Source: an uncultured Elusimicrobia bacterium (GTDB lineage: Bacteria > Elusimicrobiota > Elusimicrobia > UBA1565 > UBA9628). Taken from it: a stretch of DNA of 64,000 bases. Under the pieces are notes generated by a model. The model was given only the letters and a program-made list of their open reading frames with translations. It was not told the origin of the DNA and did not search any database. The position numbers and the translations under genes are program-made. Below are positions 57,021-64,000 of the stretch, in pieces; positions within the stretch are counted from its first letter, which is position 1; each line of letters begins with the position of its first letter. The stretch is taken from the NCBI GenBank assembly GCA_964358485.1, contig CAYHPY010000005.1, positions 3,950 to 67,949 on the forward strand, given 5' to 3'.

Positions 57021-59348
57021 TCACTCCCCCAGCACGTCGAAGCCCCGCGCCGACTCGTTGCCCCACTGATCCACCACCGTGACCAGGTGGCGGCCCGCCG
57101 GGATGTCGAGGGCCTGCTGGTGGAGGGTCTCGGTCTCGCCCAGATAGCGGCCGTCAAGATGCCATTGAAGGACCGCGTCGCGCTGGCTGTGCGCGGCCTC
57201 AAAAACCGTCCTTCCCCGCCCCCCGTCGAGTTCGGTCGGGATAAAGAGGCGCGTGCGTGCGTGGGGGTAGAGCCACGCGATGGGAGACTCCCCTTCGGCC
57301 TGGGGTCCGCGGCAGTCCGGCCGCCACGGCGGCGGGGAGCGGTACTCGGGATGGCGGGACCGGTAGTAATGCTCCTGGTGCGGGGGCAGGATGAACCAGG
57401 TCCGGTGGGTCATGTCGGAGACCCGCTCGCAGCCCGCGTGCACCCGCCAGCGCCCCGTCCCTTCGAGGTGCACCAGCCGGTGATGCGGGCTGGGCCGCCC
57501 GAAGGGCAAGCCGGCCGGGGCCCAAACCTCCTCGGTCGGGCAATCCCGCGCCGGCAGGAAGCCGTCGTCCCGGCAGACGCGCAGGCGGGTCAGTCCCGCC
57601 TCCGGGACGGCAAACCAGCCGCCCGGCCCCAGGCGGTTGAAGATGTCGAAGAGGATGGGCGCGGCAGCGCCGGTCCCGGTCAAATCCGGGCGCCCTTCAC
57701 CCGAGGCGTTGCCGGTCCACACCCCGACCGTGCGCGTCGCATCGACCCCCACCGCCCAGCCGTCCCGAAAGCCCAGGCTGGTCCCGGTCTTCCAGGCGAT
57801 CGGCGCGGCCCCGGCGAACCTCTTCCAGTGAGCCGCCGTTTCGGGACGCGCCACATCCACGAGGGCCTCCAAGGTCAGCCACGCCGCGCCGGAGCCCAAC
57901 TCGCAGGCCCGGCCCGGGTCGGGGCTCTCGCCCAAGAGCAGCGCGGGGAGCCTCACGCGGCATTCGTGGGCTGGACTTGCGGCGGCTCCGGCAAGGCCCG
58001 CGTACATCCCCGTCAGCTCCCATAAAGTCCCTTCCGCTCCCCCGAGGATCAGGGCCAGGCCGTAATCCTCGGGCGCCCGCCATAGAGTGGACATCCCCAA
58101 ACCCCGGAGCTCGGCCTGGAAGCGGGCCACGCCGTGCTCGCGCAGGAGCCGGACAGCCGGGACGTTGAGCGAGCGCGCCAGCGCTTCCCGGGCCGGCACC
58201 GCGCCGCGGTAGCGGCGGTCGTTGTTTTCGGGCATGAAGCCGTCCAACTGCGTGGGGATATCGGCGACCAGCGTCGAAGGGAGGAGCTCCCCGGCCTCCA
58301 GCATCGACGCGTAGAGGAATGGCTTGAGGAGGCTCCCCGTGCTGCGCGGGCGCCGCACCAAGTCCACGGCGTAGCCGAAGCTCTCGGTGTCGTCGAGGCG
58401 GCTGTTGCCGGCATAGGCCCGCACGGAGAGGTCGCGGTGTTCCACCACGAGCGCGGCCGCGTTGCGTATGCCGCGCAGGCCGAGCGCCGCCGAGTGGCGC
58501 GCGACGAGCTCCGAGACGGCGCGCTGAAGGCCGGCTTCCAGCGTCGTCTCGAAGCGCGGAGGACCCGGACGGCGCCGCGCCAGCAAAGCCTCCAGCAGAT
58601 GCGGGGCCTGCCGGGGGAAGCGCTTGGGCCTGGACGGCAGGGGCTCCCGCAGGGCCAGGCGAAGCTCCAGGGCGTCGAGCCGGCCCGCGGCGTGGAGAGC
58701 GGCCAGCAAGCGGTCGCGCTTGGCCTTGAGGGCGCGGCGGTTGCGGCCGGGATGGATGAGGCCCGGGCTGTTGGGAAGCACGGCGAGCGTGCAGCTCTCC
58801 GCCCAGCTCAGACCCTCAGGGCCGCGTCCGAAATTGCGCCAGGACGCGGCTTCCAGGCCCACCACGTTCTCGCCGAAGGGGGCATGGGCGGAGTAAAGCT
58901 CGAGAATCTCCCGCTTGGCATGCGAACGATCCAACCGGAGAGCCAGCCATGCCTCGAGGACTTTCTCCATGGGCGTGCGCGGAGGATTCTTTCGCGCCAG
59001 CCGGACCACCTGCATCGTGAGGGTGCTGCCGCCGCTCACCACGCGGCCGCGCTTCCAGTTAAGGACCAGGGCCCGGGCCAGCGCCAGCGGGTCCACCCCG
59101 GGGTGGCGCTCGAAGCGCTTGTCCTCCTGGACGATCAGGGCTGCCGCGAATTTCTTCGGCACGCCCGTCCCCGGCGGGAAACGCCATTGGCCGTCGGCCG
59201 CGAGCTTGGCGTCCAAGAGTTCCCCTTCCCGGCTCAACAGGATCGGGGAGAAGGGATCCAGGAACACCGCCCCCTTGGGGCCGGCGCAGAAGGCCAGCCA
59301 GAGGCCGGCCGCCGCCCCGATCAGGGCCCGCCGCGAACGACGACCCAT
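57021..59348 (-). CDS. pbpC: Penicillin-binding protein 1C
   Basis: EDKRF..H.GVD, SGGSTLTMQ, GS..KPF.Y, SLN, KTGTS, C-terminal BiPBP region. Directly downstream of alpha-2-macroglobulin. Start re-placed at ATG 59348. Confidence 0.93.
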   Translation of the reverse strand: MGRRSRRALIGAAAGLWLAFCAGPKGAVFLDPFSPILLSREGELLDAKLAADGQWRFPPGTGVPKKFAAALIVQEDKRFERHPGVDPLALARALVLNWKRGRVVSGGSTLTMQVVRLARKNPPRTPMEKVLEAWLALRLDRSHAKREILELYSAHAPFGENVVGLEAASWRNFGRGPEGLSWAESCTLAVLPNSPGLIHPGRNRRALKAKRDRLLAALHAAGRLDALELRLALREPLPSRPKRFPRQAPHLLEALLARRRPGPPRFETTLEAGLQRAVSELVARHSAALGLRGIRNAAALVVEHRDLSVRAYAGNSRLDDTESFGYAVDLVRRPRSTGSLLKPFLYASMLEAGELLPSTLVADIPTQLDGFMPENNDRRYRGAVPAREALARSLNVPAVRLLREHGVARFQAELRGLGMSTLWRAPEDYGLALILGGAEGTLWELTGMYAGLAGAAASPAHECRVRLPALLLGESPDPGRACELGSGAAWLTLEALVDVARPETAAHWKRFAGAAPIAWKTGTSLGFRDGWAVGVDATRTVGVWTGNASGEGRPDLTGTGAAAPILFDIFNRLGPGGWFAVPEAGLTRLRVCRDDGFLPARDCPTEEVWAPAGLPFGRPSPHHRLVHLEGTGRWRVHAGCERVSDMTHRTWFILPPHQEHYYRSRHPEYRSPPPWRPDCRGPQAEGESPIAWLYPHARTRLFIPTELDGGRGRTVFEAAHSQRDAVLQWHLDGRYLGETETLHQQALDIPAGRHLVTVVDQWGNESARGFDVLGE

Positions 59349-62300
59349 CGCCCCCCGGCGCTCGCGTTGAGCGTCGCCTCGTACATGGCTTCCACGGACG
59401 CGGCGGGAAGATAGAAGCGGCCCCGGTAGGCCGCGGTGAAGCGCAGGAGCACGGGCCTCTCCTCTCCCGGCGCAAGCCCGAAATAGGAGTGGACGCGGTC
59501 GTCGCGCACGTCCTGATAGTCGAGCCGGGTGCCGGTCGAAGCCGAGCCCTCCCAGCGGGGGTTGCGGATCTCCCACCCGGACGGGGACATCACCGTCAGT
59601 GCCAGGTTCTCGAGCCGGCGCCCGGTGAGATTCCTGACCGAGAGTCGCGCCGTCACCTCGGCACCCTGCGCCAGCTCCGCCGGGTCCAGGGTCTCCCCGC
59701 GGCCGTTGGCGTAATCGACCGCGAGCGCCAATCCCGCGGAGGAGCCTTCCTCGGAGCCCGCAGGCGGCACGCCTCGGGAGACGAGCATGGCGAACAACCG
59801 GCGGTCGCTCAAATTACGAAAGACCAGTTCGCCGCCCGAATCCCCCAGACCCGGAAGGGGACGCCGCACGACCGGCTCCCGCGAGGACGCGCGTTGCGGC
59901 GGCACGGTGCCCAGCGAGACCTCGTAGTCGAAGCCCGCCACCTCCTGCGCGCCGTAGAATTGGGTGAGGCCCAGCAGGGCGTGGGCGAGGGCCTGGGTAT
60001 GGTGCCATTGCTCCGAGCTGAGCGATCCCGAGATATCCTCGGCGAGTTCCTTTCCGCGGGACACGTCCCGGCGCAGTGCGAGCATCTGGAGCACGAGGCC
60101 CTTGTCCCGCAGGGGCGAGGCGAAGGTGGAACCGCTCGCGGGGTCTCCGGCCGCGGGGGCCAGGGGAGAGAGCCCCGCGGATTGGGAGAGGACGTCGGCG
60201 GCGTCTCTGACGCCCGCGGCATGGTAGGCCCCGCTCAAGAGCCACTGGGCGAGACCCTCGGGGCGCTCCTCGCGGAGGCGGTTCATCGCTCCCAGTTCCG
60301 GCTCTCCGGCCACGGCCAAGGTGTAGAGGCGGTAGGCCTGCTCTACGACGCTCTCCGACTTGCCCGGCGCCCAGGACTGCGCGCGGGTCCTTTGGAACTG
60401 CGTCCACCGGGACCGCATCTCGGGTGGCAAGGGATATCCCCGGCGCTCGGCCTCGATGAGGAAATGGCCGACGTAGCTGGTCACCCAGAGTTGGACCCCG
60501 GCCCCGCCTCCTCCCGGCCAGTACTGAAATCCGCCCTCGGCGCCCTGGAAGGCGCGCATGCGCTCCAGTCCGGCCTTGACGTTTTTATCAATCTCGGCCT
60601 TCTGGGCCGAACTGAGCTGCATCAAGCCGGGGAGGAAAAACTGCGGGAAGAGCGCGGAGGTCGTCTGCTCCAGACAGCCGTGCGGGTAGCGGATGAGCTC
60701 GCCCAGCCGCGACTCCAGGCTCAGCGGCGGCAGGGAGGAGATTTCGAGGGTGGCCTCGTTCGTCCCGGGCAGGCCGTGGGGCCTCACCCGGTGGCGCCAC
60801 GAAGCGCCGGGCTCAACCCAGGCCCCGGTCTGCCGCGAGGTGGAGGGATTGGGGGAGCGCACGCTCAGGTTCGTCGTCGCGCGGGCCCGGTGCGGGCCGC
60901 TCGCGGCCGTGAGGCGGATCGTCCCCCGCCCGAGGCGCGAGCCGGTGCGCAGCCTGAAATTGACCGTCGCCTCTCCGGGCTTGTGGAATCTCACGACGGC
61001 GCGCGACGACCCGACGACGGTGAACAGCGAATCACCCTCGATCGAGAGGCTCGCCTCGCGGATGGACTCGCTCATTGAGAATGCGGACACGGGCACGACC
61101 AGCTCTTCCTCGGGCCCCGCCACGCGCGGCAGGGTGGCTTGGAGCATGAGGGCTTGGCGCACGGGGACCAATTTTTCCACGCGCCCGTAGCCCCCGCGCG
61201 CACCGGCCACGACCATCACCCTCACCGCGCCGACGTATTGAGGCAGGCTGAAGGCGTGACGCCGTGTCTTCCCCGCCCCCAGGCGAAACGGCCCGAAGTA
61301 CCTCACCACGGGCGGGAAGCGCCGGGAAGAGTCCTTCTCGCGCAGGTCTCCCAAGTCCTCGCCCCCGCCCAAAGCCAAGAGCCGTTCGAGAGCCCCGCCG
61401 TAGGCTCCTACCACGTGGTCGAAGAGGTCCCAAGTGATCACCCCGAGCGCCTCTTTCTTGTAGAAATGCGACCGCGGGTCGGGAGTCGCGAAATTGGTCA
61501 ACCCCAGCAGGCCCTCGTCGACCACGGCCAGCGTGTAGGTCATGTCCCGGCCCGCGGCCTCCGACACGCTCACGCGGGCCTCGGACTCCGGCTTCCACTC
61601 GGCGGCGGTCTCGATGACGGGCGAGAGCTGGGTCGCCGGGTCCGTCACCGACACGGGCACGATTCCGTAGAGGCGGATGGGCAGGTCGCTCTTCTTGCCG
61701 CGGTGCGGTTGAAGCAGGACCGCGGAGATATAGACGTTGGGGCTCATGGCGCGTGTCACGGCCAGCGGCACGCTCACGGCTTGAGTGGAAAGCTCCACCC
61801 AGCGCTGGGAGAGCACCCGCGTGCCATTCTCCACCGAAACCAGGGCGCGGCCCTGGGCCGCAGCGGGCAGACGGATGAGGGCGGTCTCCCCGACCTGATA
61901 GGCCGGCTTGTCGGTATCGAAGACCAAGGTTTTGGCCCCCGGCCCGGCGCCCTCGCGCGGACGGCCGGCCCACCCCGGCCAGTCCATAAAGAAGATTTGG
62001 CCCGCGCAGTGGCCTCCGTCCAAATCGCAGACGCGCAGGAGGTAGCGGCCCCACTCCGGGTAGTTGATCCGAAGGGTCCACGTGCCGCGCCCGTCCTTGG
62101 TCGAGGCGTTTCCCCCGAGGAGCTGGACGGCGTGGGGCGAATTGGCGAACTGGGCAAGGGACTCTCCCGACTGATCCCACCACCACTTCCAACCGAGCTT
62201 GTGCACCGTCGCCTGAAGCCGCGGCGCCGACACCGGGCTTCCCGAGCTGTCGAGGCTCACGAGGGAAATCGCATGCGTGGTGTCGGTCAGGAGCATCCCG

Positions 62301-64000
62301 CGCGCCAGGTCCCCCTTGGAAAGTTTGATGCCGATGTAGCGGTCGTAGGGGTGATAAAGGACGGCGTCGCGCATGGAACTGAAGGCCCCGCCTTCCTCGA
62401 AGACGCGCATGTGAAACTGGGCCGAGAGCATCCCCGGCGCGGGGCCCGCGGGCAGGGCCACGGGAAACGACGCCCGCCCGCCGGCATCGAGATTTCCCTC
62501 GAAGATCACGGCCGCCTCGCCGGAAGCCTCGCGGGCCGGGTCGTCGAAGGCGTGATCCGCGAAGCGCCCGAAACGCGTGGGAATGGCCGAGAGCTTGACC
62601 GAGACTTCCGCCCTGAGCCCCCCGGCCTTGGCCCCGTGAAGCCATGCCGCCGACAGACGCGCCCGCCGGTCCGCGTCGGAGGCGCGCAGCCCCTTTTTTC
62701 CGCCGAGGTCCAACTCCAAACGCAGGCGGTTGGGCAGGATGGTCTCGATAGGCAGGTCCTTGGCGAACTCGGCCCCGCCGACCCGCGCCTTGGCGGTCCA
62801 CGTGCCGGTGGGGGCGTCCTCGGGAGTGCGCAGGCTGAAGCGGTAGAAGCCGTTCACCGGCCGGCTGTTGGTCACGCTACCGGCCAAGCGGCCCCTCGGA
62901 TCGAATAGGCGCAGGGTCGCGGGGTGCCGCGGCGGCAGGCGCCCGCCCTTGTCCTCGACAATGAGAGTCAGGAAGACCTCGTCTCCCGGCCGCCAGACCC
63001 CGCGCTCGCCGTAGAGGAGGCCCTTGAGCCCCTCCGAGACCCGCTCTCCCCCCACGTCGAAATGGCTCACGGGCAAGGCCAGGCCGTCGCTGAGCTTGAG
63101 AGTGCCGCGGTCGGAACCGCGGACGGCGCTGAGATAAAAGGGCTTGGCCGACGGGGCCATGCGGACGAACCCCCGTTCGCCCGTGGTGCCGGAGGCGATC
63201 ACGACGCCTTGAAAGTTGTGGACGCCGACCTGAACCCCGGGAAGGGGCTCGGCGGTCTGTAGGTTGGAGGCCGCGACGAGCAGTCCGCCGCCGGCCTCGG
63301 CTTTGGCCAGGAGGCCGATGTTGGAGGCCAGGAAATTGCGGCTCTCGCGCGTCCCGGGGGCGAACTGGTAGTAGGCGTCCTTGCAGGGATCCTCGCGCTC
63401 GGACCAATTCGTTCGGGGCTCCTGGTAGGACTCCTCGACCCCGTCCCACAGGCTGGCCGAGACCGCGTTGAGATCGTCGTTGTTCGTGAGCGGCTCCTCG
63501 GGCGCGGCCTCGGGTCCCTGCCCGCCGCCCCCTGGGCCGCCGGGACAGGCGTAGGCGGAATCCTCCCGGCGGAGGGAGAGCGTCAGCCGCAGGACGGCGC
63601 CGCGGTTTTGGCGCAGGAGAGGGCCCGCGTCCAAGGCGAAGCGCCGCCACCGGTCGGCGGGGCCCGGCGGGAGGAGGATGGTCTTGCGGCTCACAAAGCG
63701 CCCCACCCGGCCCAATTCTTGGTCCCCGCCGAGATTGTTGACCTGGAGGAACTGGCCCACGTTGTCGGCGTAGACGCGAAAGACCGTCACGCGCACCGCG
63801 CGGGCATTGAGGACCTCGATGGGGATTTCCAAAGTCTCGTTCTCGGGAAGGATCACACCGGTCCCCGCGAAGCGCACCTGGGGCTTCTGGATGGGGAAAT
63901 GCAGGTCGATCCCGAACGCGCTTCCCAAGCGCCGTCCGTCGGCGCTGCGCAGGCCGGCCTCCACCGAGACCTTCACGGGGCCGGGGACGCGCCGCTGGGG
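59321..64000 (-). CDS. yfhM: Bacterial alpha-2-macroglobulin (5'-partial)
   Basis: ERGVWRPG, AVVDEG, YPHGCLEQ thioester motif, RDDR, AMY. No stop before the right edge. Confidence 0.93.
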   Translation of the reverse strand, partial: PQRRVPGPVKVSVEAGLRSADGRRLGSAFGIDLHFPIQKPQVRFAGTGVILPENETLEIPIEVLNARAVRVTVFRVYADNVGQFLQVNNLGGDQELGRVGRFVSRKTILLPPGPADRWRRFALDAGPLLRQNRGAVLRLTLSLRREDSAYACPGGPGGGGQGPEAAPEEPLTNNDDLNAVSASLWDGVEESYQEPRTNWSEREDPCKDAYYQFAPGTRESRNFLASNIGLLAKAEAGGGLLVAASNLQTAEPLPGVQVGVHNFQGVVIASGTTGERGFVRMAPSAKPFYLSAVRGSDRGTLKLSDGLALPVSHFDVGGERVSEGLKGLLYGERGVWRPGDEVFLTLIVEDKGGRLPPRHPATLRLFDPRGRLAGSVTNSRPVNGFYRFSLRTPEDAPTGTWTAKARVGGAEFAKDLPIETILPNRLRLELDLGGKKGLRASDADRRARLSAAWLHGAKAGGLRAEVSVKLSAIPTRFGRFADHAFDDPAREASGEAAVIFEGNLDAGGRASFPVALPAGPAPGMLSAQFHMRVFEEGGAFSSMRDAVLYHPYDRYIGIKLSKGDLARGMLLTDTTHAISLVSLDSSGSPVSAPRLQATVHKLGWKWWWDQSGESLAQFANSPHAVQLLGGNASTKDGRGTWTLRINYPEWGRYLLRVCDLDGGHCAGQIFFMDWPGWAGRPREGAGPGAKTLVFDTDKPAYQVGETALIRLPAAAQGRALVSVENGTRVLSQRWVELSTQAVSVPLAVTRAMSPNVYISAVLLQPHRGKKSDLPIRLYGIVPVSVTDPATQLSPVIETAAEWKPESEARVSVSEAAGRDMTYTLAVVDEGLLGLTNFATPDPRSHFYKKEALGVITWDLFDHVVGAYGGALERLLALGGGEDLGDLREKDSSRRFPPVVRYFGPFRLGAGKTRRHAFSLPQYVGAVRVMVVAGARGGYGRVEKLVPVRQALMLQATLPRVAGPEEELVVPVSAFSMSESIREASLSIEGDSLFTVVGSSRAVVRFHKPGEATVNFRLRTGSRLGRGTIRLTAASGPHRARATTNLSVRSPNPSTSRQTGAWVEPGASWRHRVRPHGLPGTNEATLEISSLPPLSLESRLGELIRYPHGCLEQTTSALFPQFFLPGLMQLSSAQKAEIDKNVKAGLERMRAFQGAEGGFQYWPGGGGAGVQLWVTSYVGHFLIEAERRGYPLPPEMRSRWTQFQRTRAQSWAPGKSESVVEQAYRLYTLAVAGEPELGAMNRLREERPEGLAQWLLSGAYHAAGVRDAADVLSQSAGLSPLAPAAGDPASGSTFASPLRDKGLVLQMLALRRDVSRGKELAEDISGSLSSEQWHHTQALAHALLGLTQFYGAQEVAGFDYEVSLGTVPPQRASSREPVVRRPLPGLGDSGGELVFRNLSDRRLFAMLVSRGVPPAGSEEGSSAGLALAVDYANGRGETLDPAELAQGAEVTARLSVRNLTGRRLENLALTVMSPSGWEIRNPRWEGSASTGTRLDYQDVRDDRVHSYFGLAPGEERPVLLRFTAAYRGRFYLPAASVEAMYEATLNASAGGRWVVVRGGP

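Overview
A 64 kb, GC-rich, gene-dense chromosomal window from an anaerobic or facultatively anaerobic diderm bacterium. PFOR, an outer-membrane barrel and alpha-2-macroglobulin support that lifestyle. The style of the secreted proteins tentatively suggests Elusimicrobiota, which is an inference only. I found no rRNA, tRNA, CRISPR array, transposase or integrase. About 52 credible CDSs are present, and most long ORFs in the track are GC-rich shadows. The main blocks, left to right: (1) a three-gene operon carrying four radical SAM domains (397-5229); (2) a ~15.5 kb, largely translationally coupled minus-strand run (21011 to 5537) encoding a TrxR-like protein without CxxC, an RlmN-like/isochorismatase fusion lacking the resolving Cys, a TPR/multiheme cytochrome/CRTAC1 module, nucleotidyl- and glycosyltransferases, an HpnI-like enzyme, a Mor-like regulator and two B12-radical SAM enzymes; (3) PFOR plus a DHOD-like flavoprotein; (4) two secreted tandem-repeat proteins; (5) a five-gene operon with two stand-alone ClpB-D2-type AAA+ ATPases and two membrane-anchored beta-helix paralogues (31380-36909), my best candidate for an undescribed system; (6) a GlpD/alkyl-DHAP synthase-like/GDPD cluster; (7) peptidases; (8) a nucleotidyltransferase-FIST-adenylate cyclase/STAND operon; (9) MBOAT/AlgJ-like O-acetylation genes; (10) alpha-2-macroglobulin-pbpC. 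Several intergenic inverted repeats occur, and -10 hexamers repeatedly sit 6-11 nt upstream of start codons. All family assignments come from motif recognition, not database searches.
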